From positions 6,925 through 70,924 of the forward strand of contig JBDRNO010000218.1 in the NCBI GenBank assembly GCA_043811005.1: DNA of 64,000 nucleotides, read 5' to 3'. A program made the position numbers and the translations under genes. Positions 55,216 to 64,000 of this stretch are shown here, in pieces; position 1 is the first letter of the stretch; each line of letters begins with the position of its first letter. The DNA comes from Bacteroidota bacterium. Its GTDB lineage: Bacteria; Bacteroidota; Bacteroidia; NORP154. The notes under the pieces are model-generated. The model had not been told where the DNA came from and made no database searches. It saw only the letters and a list, made by a program, of their open reading frames with translations.

Positions 55216-56247
55216 TTAAAACTCCGGACAACTAACATCCTGAACAATTGCCCTTGATGATTTAATTATATAAATTAATGCAACTTCAATACTTCCACGC
55301 CCATTGCTTGTTTGGTTTAAACTGGATACATTTATATCATAGCTTATTGCGAGCGTTAAATTGAAATATTCCAAGCCTGTCATAAATATCAAAGCATCTG
55401 AATTAGCCCAGTACCTGTACCAGGCGCCCAGCCGTATAGCTGCATCAGAAGAGGTATTATATCTGACAGCCGTTCCGAAATTTACTTCATTAGATGCATC
55501 CTGCCTCATGTAAAGGATACTCGGAAATACATCCCATTGATGAGTGATAACAAAAGCCGCTCCTCCCTGTAATGATGTTCTGGTGGATAAATAATTCTTC
55601 TCGTTCGAGTTCAGAAAATTAATTGTGGGTCTTGATAAATGATAAGTAGAAACCCCAAGGTAAAACTTCATTTTGTTAGACAGCGTATAATTCCACAACA
55701 CCCCTGCATTAACATCAGCATAAGTAATGCTGGTGGTTTGAAAAGTTTCAATTGTTGCTCCCCCTGATACGCCATTGGCAATCTCCCTCTCAATTTGGTC
55801 GCCAAAACGCAATAGATTAGGATCAAAGCCCATCTGCACCATGCCTCCCTGGGCACCCATGGAGAAAATATGTTTCCCTTTACCGGTCATGTCCCTATGA
55901 TATGCGAGAGAGCCAAATATACCTGAAGTGGAAAGATCGCCCTTGCCTGCCTTGTCACTGAATGCGCTTACGCCAACACCTGTCATATCGGCAGCTTTCA
56001 TGTATTTGTCTAAAATATGCATGTCATAAGATGCCGAAAAGGTAACATAAGGATCACCCCCGGTTGCCATTTTCCATTGACTCCTGTAATTACTGGCAAG
56101 CCGGTATTTACCGTTATAGAACCCTGTTTGTGCCGGGCTAAGGGTAAGAGGTGAAAAATAGAACTGGGAGAAATGGATGTCCTGTCCTTGTGATTTAAGG
56201 ATGGAAAAAATGAAAAATATGAGAATGTATAAAGTATGTTTTGTCAT
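55216..56247 (-). CDS. PorP/SprF-family T9SS membrane protein
   Basis: 343 aa; QDIHFSQFYFSPLTLSPAQTG signature. Confidence 0.85.
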   Translation of the reverse strand: MTKHTLYILIFFIFSILKSQGQDIHFSQFYFSPLTLSPAQTGFYNGKYRLASNYRSQWKMATGGDPYVTFSASYDMHILDKYMKAADMTGVGVSAFSDKAGKGDLSTSGIFGSLAYHRDMTGKGKHIFSMGAQGGMVQMGFDPNLLRFGDQIEREIANGVSGGATIETFQTTSITYADVNAGVLWNYTLSNKMKFYLGVSTYHLSRPTINFLNSNEKNYLSTRTSLQGGAAFVITHQWDVFPSILYMRQDASNEVNFGTAVRYNTSSDAAIRLGAWYRYWANSDALIFMTGLEYFNLTLAISYDINVSSLNQTSNGRGSIEVALIYIIKSSRAIVQDVSCPEF

Positions 56248-56270
56248 TATTGAAGTTGTTGTTTTATGTT

Positions 56271-56514
56271 GCTACGAAATACGAAAATATACGAATGTAC
56301 GAAAACACGTTTTTAATATAAATTTACAATTCTTTTTGAAACAGCATTTTGATAAAACTTCTCTTTATGCCCAAAACCCACTTCTGTCCATACATTAAAC
56401 AAAACCCCTATTATTTGATAAGATAATTCAGGATAAACTAAATCCTTTTTTTTTTAACTTACTTGACTGCATTATTCTTTTTCGTATATTCGTAAACATT
56501 TCGTATTTCGTAGC
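56271..56514. repeat. Inverted repeats built from TACGAAA words, flanking a 212-bp AT-rich segment
   Basis: gctacgaaatacgaaa (56271-56286) is the perfect reverse complement of tttcgtatttcgtagc (56499-56514). Further acgaa words extend both arms (to 56309 and from 56478). Confidence 0.8.
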
Positions 56515-56522
56515 TGCTCACA

Positions 56523-59500
56523 TCATCTAATCAACGTAACATTCCCGCTCACAGGCCCGATTTCCACATCTTTGATCGTAGTTGCAGTTAACAACCAGGT
56601 ATATACTCCAACTTCCATATCTTTTCCCGTTTTCATGTGTCTGCCATCCCATCCTTGATCAATACTACTTGTTTCAAAAATCATTTCTCCCCAACGATTG
56701 AATATTTTAAAATTAAAATCCTCAAGCGCTTCCCCCTCCCTTCCTAATATATCATACACATACAATATATCATTCAATCCATCACCATCAGGGGTGAACG
56801 CATCGGGGACTTCGGGTTCAAATTCAAAAGGTATTACTTCAATTGTAATAGTAGCTGAGTCAACACAGCCGGTCTCATCGGTTATGGTTACAATATAAGT
56901 TGTAGTGGTATCAGGATTTGCCAAGGGATTAGGTACATCAGTATTATCAAGACCTGTTGCAGGAATCCATACATATTCAATCCCACCACTTGCATTAAGC
57001 ATTATCTGGTCACCTAAAAATATGGTCGTATCATTTCCTGCATTTACAACAGGAAGATCATTAACAATAACTGTAAAAGTATCTGTTTTAGGAGGACAGA
57101 TTGAATCATAAGTGACAGTTACAGTATAATCTGTACTAACCACAGGGTATGCAACAGGGTCTGGTATAGTGGTATTAGAAAGCCCCTGGCTTGGGTTCCA
57201 TACATACTGAATAACCCCTTCAACATAAACATTGAGCTGTGTGCTGTCGCCAAGACATATCTCATCATGATCAGGTATGATATCAGGATGTCTTACAACT
57301 CTCACAATAATATAAGCAGAAGCAGGACAACCGTTATCCACTTTTACTATATATGAAGTTGTGGAATCAGGTGAAACTATCAAGGTATCACCACCAAAAG
57401 CTTTTAAAATGTCTCGCAGGATGACACCATCAGATATCCATGTAAATTGGTTATCTACACCAAACTCTGTATTAGCTGCAGTGAGTTTTATTGTTTGTCC
57501 TTCACAAATTGTAGTATCAGGTTTAGGGGAAGTCTCAATAATTGTATTAGGTAATACAGTTACTGTAATCTCATTATAATCACAATATGAAACATCATTA
57601 TCACATTTATTACAAGCCCCGATAGAGATGGATACAGAGCCATATATTTTCCACGCAACCGTAATTTCATTATTTCCATGAACTATAATTTCACCGATGC
57701 TATCGGCATCAAAACCCCATTCATAAAAGGTATTTGCAGTAAAATTAACAGAATATGTAACAGTATCTCCCACGCATACCAGATCAGGACCAGATATCTG
57801 AACCTCGGGCATTAGATCTACAGTAAATGTCAGAGTATCTGATATGGGACCCCAACAATCTCCTCCTGATTGTTTTTCCTGAACAGTAACTGAATAGGAA
57901 CCTGAAGGAAAGTTATCAACAGTAAAGCATATAGTTGGCCAGGCTGGGTGTCCGTTTTGTCCAGGTGTCCATGTAAAAGGCAAAAACCCAGGTTCAAACT
58001 GTATAATATATTCTGATGATGGTACCTGGGCATTATAAATTGTTATACATAAAAAATCTGTTGTATCACAAACTATGGCACTTGGCACTACTTCAAATAT
58101 AAGTGGAATACCTGATACCCCGCCAATTGTTAAGCGAATCACACTTCCCAATAGGTTTGTTATATCAGACCCGTCAGTAGCAATAATTCGCATATAATAC
58201 ATTCCCAATTGTAAACCAAGTGCGTAATAATCGGGAATGGGAGGGATGCAAATCTCTAATTGACCTGAAACTGTATCAAACAATATGCCCAGGTCACCTT
58301 CATTTACTATTGTCATTGCCGGGGGATACATTGGTGGGTCGCCAGGGGAAAGAAGCTGAACTATAAATTCATTGCCGGGATTGTAGAATATAGCTGAATC
58401 GAAGGTATTAATATCAACGGGAATATAAAAACACACACCATTGGTATCCGTAATACAAACACTGGTATCCTGGGCTTCATTTGTTTTTATGTCACATTCC
58501 ATAATACAGAAAGGGCCCCAGGGAACAGTTGTAGTATATGGTGCTACTGTGTCATTAAGAGCAGGATTTGTTGACACTATTCTGAGATAATAATTACACC
58601 CAGGTGGCACAATGGGAATTTGTCCGCTAATTGAGCCGGGTGATACAGGTGGCGGATAAATTGCCGGGTCAAAAGTTTGTGTGCTTCCTAAGGGACCTCC
58701 CATCACATAAGCAGTATCATCAAAACTGCCGGTAGAATCAGACAGTTCTAAATAGTACTCATTCCCGGGGTTAAATGCGCCATAAGAGAAAAATTTCACA
58801 TCTATAACGCTATAAATGCAAACGGGTTGCTGACCAGCAGGCAAACCTGGCATGTTAGTAGTGTCAAGAGGATCATAATATGGGTCTTGTAACACAGCAG
58901 GTGGCGGCAGGGCAATTTCCATGTTATCCGGGCAATCAATAATTTCAATACAAACAGTATACGGCTCTCCTATAATTATCGGTGGAGTAAGCCGGACTAC
59001 CCGGAATGTGTAACATGAGCCAAACGGCATTGAAGTAGGGAATTTCACTCCCCATGAAGAAGGAAGGGCAAAAGTGACAGGTGGATCAAATGCCGGTAAA
59101 GTAAATTGATAACTCCAGAGAAAAGTAGAGTTGGTGAAGTCTCCTGCTGAATCTGACATTTCAATTACATATACTCCAGCACATAAGCTGTCATTAACAG
59201 TAAACCAAAATTCAGGAGAATTGAGGTCTTCATGACAGATAGGGCTTGAAATGAAATTTACGGCTTCAATTGAGCTCGCATCATAATTTTCATAAAATGC
59301 TACCAGCATGATATCATCAATTGAAAAGGGTAAGCTGTCATTGGTATTAATATTATCGTTTGTCCATTTGAAAGCAAACGTGAGGTTACTAAGACCAAGA
59401 AAAGCCGGGTCTTCAATACTCGAAAAATTCCATTTATCAACAGCATTGTATTTTGTTCTGCTGCCTGTACCGGGTGTGCTGGTTGCCAGTGTCCAGGTTG

Positions 59501-59960
59501 CTCCTCCATCAAGGCTGTAATAGACTTCTCCGTAATCTGCAGGTGATGCCTTGGCAAGCCACCAAAAATTAAAAACGATCCTCGTAAAACCAAAGGTGCA
59601 AAAGCTGGTGTCAAGTTCTGCCCAGCGCACCGAAGTAATATTGGGATTATAATTGGAGTTTAATGCAGAACTTGCTAAGTCTTTTATATGCAGATAACTG
59701 CCCCCTGGATTGCCGATCTGCCCAATAGTTCCTCCTGTTGAATCCTGCGGGGGAGTATTGGGATAAACTCCATTACCATCGTACTCATCATTTACAAACC
59801 AAAAATTAGTACCGGTTCCACCACCTGAATTGAGAAGAAAACTATGGTCAGGGGCATCTTCAAAATTTTCAAAATATTGAATTGTAAAATTTTGCGAGTA
59901 AGCTACATGGCTGTATAAGACAACAAAAAGCAGCAAAAATGTATTTTTGAACTTTATCAT
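56523..59960 (-). CDS. Large T9SS type B C-terminal sorting domain surface protein
   Basis: 1145 aa; signal peptide; C-terminus PDAFTPDGDGLNDILYV...FKIFNRWGEMIFE...GWDGRHMK..GVYTWLL. Confidence 0.8.
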   Translation of the reverse strand: MIKFKNTFLLLFVVLYSHVAYSQNFTIQYFENFEDAPDHSFLLNSGGGTGTNFWFVNDEYDGNGVYPNTPPQDSTGGTIGQIGNPGGSYLHIKDLASSALNSNYNPNITSVRWAELDTSFCTFGFTRIVFNFWWLAKASPADYGEVYYSLDGGATWTLATSTPGTGSRTKYNAVDKWNFSSIEDPAFLGLSNLTFAFKWTNDNINTNDSLPFSIDDIMLVAFYENYDASSIEAVNFISSPICHEDLNSPEFWFTVNDSLCAGVYVIEMSDSAGDFTNSTFLWSYQFTLPAFDPPVTFALPSSWGVKFPTSMPFGSCYTFRVVRLTPPIIIGEPYTVCIEIIDCPDNMEIALPPPAVLQDPYYDPLDTTNMPGLPAGQQPVCIYSVIDVKFFSYGAFNPGNEYYLELSDSTGSFDDTAYVMGGPLGSTQTFDPAIYPPPVSPGSISGQIPIVPPGCNYYLRIVSTNPALNDTVAPYTTTVPWGPFCIMECDIKTNEAQDTSVCITDTNGVCFYIPVDINTFDSAIFYNPGNEFIVQLLSPGDPPMYPPAMTIVNEGDLGILFDTVSGQLEICIPPIPDYYALGLQLGMYYMRIIATDGSDITNLLGSVIRLTIGGVSGIPLIFEVVPSAIVCDTTDFLCITIYNAQVPSSEYIIQFEPGFLPFTWTPGQNGHPAWPTICFTVDNFPSGSYSVTVQEKQSGGDCWGPISDTLTFTVDLMPEVQISGPDLVCVGDTVTYSVNFTANTFYEWGFDADSIGEIIVHGNNEITVAWKIYGSVSISIGACNKCDNDVSYCDYNEITVTVLPNTIIETSPKPDTTICEGQTIKLTAANTEFGVDNQFTWISDGVILRDILKAFGGDTLIVSPDSTTSYIVKVDNGCPASAYIIVRVVRHPDIIPDHDEICLGDSTQLNVYVEGVIQYVWNPSQGLSNTTIPDPVAYPVVSTDYTVTVTYDSICPPKTDTFTVIVNDLPVVNAGNDTTIFLGDQIMLNASGGIEYVWIPATGLDNTDVPNPLANPDTTTTYIVTITDETGCVDSATITIEVIPFEFEPEVPDAFTPDGDGLNDILYVYDILGREGEALEDFNFKIFNRWGEMIFETSSIDQGWDGRHMKTGKDMEVGVYTWLLTATTIKDVEIGPVSGNVTLIR

Positions 59961-59988
59961 AAATTGGTATTTTAAAAAAATTAATATG

Positions 59989-60549
59989 TCAGAATATCTC
60001 TCTTAAATTAATCCTAAATCCAGGTAATATAAAGGATGATTCAAGAATCTCGGGTTTTTTAAATGTTTTAAATACTTCATAGTTCTCTTTTTCGTTCAAT
60101 AGGAATATTTCAATTAATTCTTCTTCAGGATAAACTATCCAATATTCCTTTACTCCAAATCTTTCATATATAACTTTTTTCGTAACAGTATCCCTGTAAA
60201 CACTTCCCTGTGATATTATTTCCACCACGAGGTCGGGGGCTCCTTTTATGTTTTTCTCTTCTATTATACCTGTACGTTTTTTTGAAATAAACATAATATC
60301 GGGCTGGACCGTAACTTTTTCATCAAAGAAAACATCACAAGGAGCATCAAGTACTTCTCCGAGATGATTATCATTCACAAATTTCCTCATCACATATTCG
60401 ATCCTGCCGGAGATTACCTGATGATTGGTAAAAGGTGCCGGCTCCATGATTATATCACCATCAATAAGCTCACACTTGCTGTCGGCAGGAGTTAACCGGC
60501 AATAATCCTGATATGTGTATTTTTTCTTATTTTTTACCGTTAATTCCAT
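59989..60549 (-). CDS. Uma2-family (DUF820) PD-(D/E)xK endonuclease-like protein
   Basis: 186 aa; ..CELIDGDIIMEPAP...QPDIMFI...GAPDLVVEIIS....D...K...Y...GV.EYWIV pattern. Confidence 0.8.
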   Translation of the reverse strand: MELTVKNKKKYTYQDYCRLTPADSKCELIDGDIIMEPAPFTNHQVISGRIEYVMRKFVNDNHLGEVLDAPCDVFFDEKVTVQPDIMFISKKRTGIIEEKNIKGAPDLVVEIISQGSVYRDTVTKKVIYERFGVKEYWIVYPEEELIEIFLLNEKENYEVFKTFKKPEILESSFILPGFRINLREIF

Positions 60550-60551
60550 AA

Positions 60552-62069
60552 TTATTCTAAAATAATTTTCCTCACAAATACTTTTTTGCCTGTATTAATT
60601 TTAATGAAATACATTCCTTTGGGTTTACTTGTGAGGTCAATAATTTGCTGTATGGACGAGGTATGTTTTGACTCTACAATATATTTCTCCCTAAATATTT
60701 CCTCCCCGATCAGGTTATAGATTGAAACATCAATATCCCTATCTTTACTTAAATAATAATTAATATATATAATACCAGAAGATGGTATTGGAATAATATT
60801 TACCATTTCAATACTTTCATATTCTTTAATATTAACAGATGAATCAAGTACTTCTATTAGCTTATTTATACTATCACTACATCCGCTACTTGTATTAACT
60901 GCATAAAGCCATACTGTAAAAATTCCTATGCTGTCATAAATGTGCACAGGATCCATAACAGTGATTGTTGAGTCATCTCCAAAATCCCATAACCATGAAT
61001 TCGCACCAAAACTAATATTATCAAAGCTTATGGAATCTCCAACAATAACTGTATAAGCGCCTGTAATAAAATCAGCATGAATTGAATCAATAGTTAGGGA
61101 TTTTATTATGGTATCACTCCCATAAGCATTGGTTGCAATTAGAGTTATATAATATGTGCCGGCATATTGATAAGTATTGATTACCTGTGCATTGCCCGAG
61201 ACGGAGTTTCCATCGCCAAAATCCCATATCCAGTTGGTTGGGAAAAAAGCAGAGTAATCGGTAAATTCAACTATACCTTGACATTCATCAATAAAACTAT
61301 AAATAAAATCTGCGTCAGGCGGCACGGCAGCTGCTTGAATGATCACACCGTAATCTTCTGCTTGCCCGTATGTTAAAGCAGAACATGGCGCTGGAGGGGC
61401 TACACCTACATAATCCGAGGCAACCCGCATACGAAGCATTGTGCCGGTTACTGCATTTTGTGGAATGAAAAAGATTCCTGTATGGTATTGTTTTTGATTA
61501 TCTGAAGTGAATACCAATTCATTGATCGAATCAAAGGTTCCATCATTGTTGTAATCAATCCATACACGCACATTTTCTTCCCAATCAGGATTTGTTTGAA
61601 CTGAAATGGTATCTTTAGAACCAACTAAAGTATTTGTGAAATTAAAACAACTATAATCCGTATAACCTTCAATTAAACTTCCTGTTGTATTATTGATATT
61701 ATTGTAGAAAACATTATATATTCCTATATCCATTGAAGTGTTAATAACTGTAGGAGTACAAGCGGGTAAATCCGGACCTTTAATAATTGTGATATAATCA
61801 ATTTTTATCATTGTATCCTGTCCATAATCATTGAAGACGATCATGGTTACTGTAAATGTCCCTGTATCGGTATATACATGAGAAGGATCCTGAACAGAAT
61901 CTGTTCCACCATCACCAAAGTCCCAGTACCAGGAAGAAGGGAAATTGCTTGACATATCAGTAAAATTCACTACTGCTCCCAGGCAATTATTGGTATTTCC
62001 TGCTGTAAAATCAGCAACAGGGGGTATGGTATCAGGCTTGTAAAAAAATTGCATATTGGGCCTGTTCAT
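60552..62069 (-). CDS. PKD-domain protein with T9SS type A sorting domain; probably the C-terminal part of the upstream ORF
   Basis: 505 aa; three PKD-like W.WDFGDG repeats; C-terminal ..IPIPSSGIIYINY...VSIYNLIGEEIF...GMYFIKI..KIILE. Same reading frame as 62193..64000. Confidence 0.75.
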   Translation of the reverse strand: MNRPNMQFFYKPDTIPPVADFTAGNTNNCLGAVVNFTDMSSNFPSSWYWDFGDGGTDSVQDPSHVYTDTGTFTVTMIVFNDYGQDTMIKIDYITIIKGPDLPACTPTVINTSMDIGIYNVFYNNINNTTGSLIEGYTDYSCFNFTNTLVGSKDTISVQTNPDWEENVRVWIDYNNDGTFDSINELVFTSDNQKQYHTGIFFIPQNAVTGTMLRMRVASDYVGVAPPAPCSALTYGQAEDYGVIIQAAAVPPDADFIYSFIDECQGIVEFTDYSAFFPTNWIWDFGDGNSVSGNAQVINTYQYAGTYYITLIATNAYGSDTIIKSLTIDSIHADFITGAYTVIVGDSISFDNISFGANSWLWDFGDDSTITVMDPVHIYDSIGIFTVWLYAVNTSSGCSDSINKLIEVLDSSVNIKEYESIEMVNIIPIPSSGIIYINYYLSKDRDIDVSIYNLIGEEIFREKYIVESKHTSSIQQIIDLTSKPKGMYFIKINTGKKVFVRKIILE

Positions 62070-62192
62070 AGAAGTTGAGCCGGTAGTAATGCTGCAAACA
62101 CCGCTGGCATCCTGGTTGAGCCAAATTAAACTGTTAAATAAATTTGTTGAATAATAATGCTTGGCATTAGCTACGAATGAGCTATTGTTGAA

Positions 62193-64000
62193 TCAAGTCT
62201 CTATCAGAAGATGTGATGTTCCGTCCCAATAAAAAGGAGAGGAAAAGGCATGAATGTTCCAGCCGGCAGTTTCGGTGTATGTTTGAGGACCCCAAACAGG
62301 AGTTAACCCAACATCATCAAAAACGGTAGTAGTAACACTATTAGTTGTGTTTTTTATTTTTATGGTAAAGTCTTGCAAGGGTATACCAGCTGGTACTGCA
62401 ACATTAAATGCAAGGTTATATATCCAACCATGTGCCTTCATACCTGCATTTATCAATTCAGGTGCCTGTATGATAATTTGATGTTTTGCACCCCAGTAAT
62501 AATTTCCATAAGGCGCAGGATAACCTGTATTCGAATTAGTAGAAGTACCATAACCGATTGTAATATTGGAATCACAAATAACCTGAATATTGGTTATACT
62601 ATCATTTGTTGCGACACTATCAGCCGGCAAGCTTGTCCATGCATCAAAAACATAAGTGCCGTAAACAGATAAATCAGCAGGTGTTGTGAAAGTATAGCTT
62701 AAGGTATCATTAGGATTCAACAGAGAATATATGGTCTCATTTACTGGTGGTCCGCCATCAACACGGTATGAAACAGGTATGGTATCCTGTGGATCGGAGC
62801 CAAAGTTCTTCACTCTTATTGTAACATCTTCATTTGAACTCAAACCGAAGCCAGAAATTGGTTCATCAATAGCAATAACTCCTACATCATTTGCAAAGGG
62901 ACAATAAAAATTCACTGAAATAGCAAGTGAAGCGGACCATGAAGTCCAAGAGGCACCTCCATCATTTGAATATTTAAAATTTTCATCTGTATCAGTGTAA
63001 TCAGAAGAAGTACCTGCAAGACTACTACCTGTTGCACCTGTATTCATACCATCGAGCAGGGCCCAATATTTCGTGCCGGCAGTAACTGGTATACTAAGTC
63101 CATTTATATTGAACCAGTTACCTGTCGGAGAAGGATTGATAAGTCCGCTTTCCCATAAAACTGCACTTTCATCTGGATTTCCAGAGCCATCGTCAGGAGC
63201 AATAGCAATTCTAATTTCACCTTCAGCAGCACTTTCCTGTAACCATACGCCAACACTTGAAATTGTACTAATATCAGCAAAAAATGATTGTCCGTAAAAA
63301 TTACTTCCGGTTTCACCCACAGTACCTATAGTGCCTGTTTTGGCTGTATATTCATCAATAATCGTATCTCCACTGGTTAACGAATATGCTGAAAAATTTT
63401 TGATCGTATCATTAGTATTATCAGCATCTGTGCTTAAAGCGGTCCATGCATCAAAAAAATAGGTTCCTTGAGTTGATAGATTAGCAGAGTCGGAAAAAGA
63501 AAATATTGCGGTATCACCGGGGTTAAGTGTGGCAAAAATAGTATCAACCACAGCGCTTCCTCCATTAACGCGATACGACACAGGAATAGTATCCTGTGCA
63601 GAAGTGCCAAAGTTTTTAACACTAACCGTAACATTTTCGCTTGTGCTTAAGGAGCAGCCGGAGTATGGTGAATTAATGGCAATAACCCCAACATCGTTAG
63701 GTGGTGGTTCAGAAATATAGATATCATCCACACCAAAACCTTCATCGGTTATGCTGACATTTGAATAAAAAACAAAACGGATCCTAACATCTGCTAGTCC
63801 GGAAAGTCCTGTTAATTCATGTCTGGCTGTCCTCCATATTCCGCTTGTATCGGAACTGCCATCCCACCAATTGTTGGCAGCATCATTATACCAGTTGATC
63901 CCCCCTGATGAACCAGTACCAAGCTTTATCCATGTTGATCCACCATCAGTACTGTATTCTACCCATCCTTCATCACAACAGGATTCAGTTGAATAAATAT
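62193..64000 (-). CDS. N-terminal/central part of a giant surface protein (two CARDB-like repeats); 5' end beyond the window
   Basis: The track ORF starts at a GTG (63731), but I hand-translated the frame and it stays open to 63998 (..CCDEGWVEYSTDGGSTWIKLGTG..IRFVFYSNVSITDEGFGVDDIYI..). Two ~100-aa repeats NDVGVIAI..P.SG..LS..E.VT..VKNFG...QDTIPVSYRV.GG. Ends at TGA 62193-62195. Confidence 0.75.
   Translation of the reverse strand, partial: IYSTESCCDEGWVEYSTDGGSTWIKLGTGSSGGINWYNDAANNWWDGSSDTSGIWRTARHELTGLSGLADVRIRFVFYSNVSITDEGFGVDDIYISEPPPNDVGVIAINSPYSGCSLSTSENVTVSVKNFGTSAQDTIPVSYRVNGGSAVVDTIFATLNPGDTAIFSFSDSANLSTQGTYFFDAWTALSTDADNTNDTIKNFSAYSLTSGDTIIDEYTAKTGTIGTVGETGSNFYGQSFFADISTISSVGVWLQESAAEGEIRIAIAPDDGSGNPDESAVLWESGLINPSPTGNWFNINGLSIPVTAGTKYWALLDGMNTGATGSSLAGTSSDYTDTDENFKYSNDGGASWTSWSASLAISVNFYCPFANDVGVIAIDEPISGFGLSSNEDVTIRVKNFGSDPQDTIPVSYRVDGGPPVNETIYSLLNPNDTLSYTFTTPADLSVYGTYVFDAWTSLPADSVATNDSITNIQVICDSNITIGYGTSTNSNTGYPAPYGNYYWGAKHQIIIQAPELINAGMKAHGWIYNLAFNVAVPAGIPLQDFTIKIKNTTNSVTTTVFDDVGLTPVWGPQTYTETAGWNIHAFSSPFYWDGTSHLLIET

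Noticed and set aside
55140-55247. N-terminal extensions of track ORFs (53184..55247, 33326..34012, 52697..53143)
   Set aside because: The extensions overlap neighbouring genes or repeats and precede clear signal peptides or family-typical N-termini. Internal Met starts were chosen instead.
62193-62195. In-frame TGA as selenocysteine or as a reassigned codon (code 4/25)
   Set aside because: TGA is used as the genuine stop of well-conserved genes here (pyrB 49379-81, cmk 43503-05, the porQ-like gene 42820-22, the ompA-family gene 49488-90). No convincing SECIS-like hairpin follows, and the context is not a redox motif.
1-64000. tRNA, rRNA, tmRNA, RNase P, SRP RNA genes
   Set aside because: I scanned for conserved cores (e.g. 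GGTTCGAATCC-type T-loops, the RNase P GAGGAAAGTCC motif) and saw none. Absence by eye is not proof.

Overview
AT-rich chromosomal segment from a Bacteroidota genome, judged from gene content: T9SS type A and type B sorting domains, PorP/SprF and PorQ genes, and the ftsH-LUD-DUF2007-cdsA-psd and cmk-rpsA neighbourhoods. Most of the window is housekeeping: ftsH, rsfS, birA, pyrE, coaD, rsmD, cmk, ispH, rpsA, pyrR, pyrB, psd, cdsA and nfo. Three areas stand out. (1) The left edge (1-8047, minus strand) is a tightly packed four-gene operon: a PLD-nuclease/SNF2-helicase fusion, a KilA-N protein, a 1095-aa PglX/type-IIG-like gamma-class N6-adenine methyltransferase, and a CDA-fold deaminase-domain protein that runs off the window. 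I cannot fit this restriction-like gene set to canonical Type I/II/III, BREX or DISARM composition, and it is my best candidate for an undescribed defence system. A DUF4160/DUF2442 pair sits next to it. (2) 8.8-17.5 kb carries a reductive pyrimidine catabolism set: dihydropyrimidinase, beta-ureidopropionase, a class-III aminotransferase and methylmalonate/malonate-semialdehyde dehydrogenase. Unrelated genes interrupt it. (3) 49.5-64 kb is a T9SS surface-protein cluster with two type-B cargo/PorP-SprF pairs, an OmpA/TPR protein and a giant type-A cargo. Intergenic DNA is unusually structured. It contains a 15-16 bp palindrome family (TCCG-NN-AGCT-NN-CGGA) with filled-versus-empty-site evidence of mobility, GC-rich REP-like elements, a ~180-bp dispersed hairpin repeat, and many degenerate tandem repeats with strict 7-nt periodicity. 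Three genes are interrupted: a ubiB-like kinase by a GC-rich insert plus frameshift, ispH by a 1-nt frameshift, and the giant adhesin by a single in-frame TGA. These may be real lesions or assembly errors. I recognised no rRNA, tRNA or CRISPR array. All calls rest on reading motifs by eye; no database search was possible.
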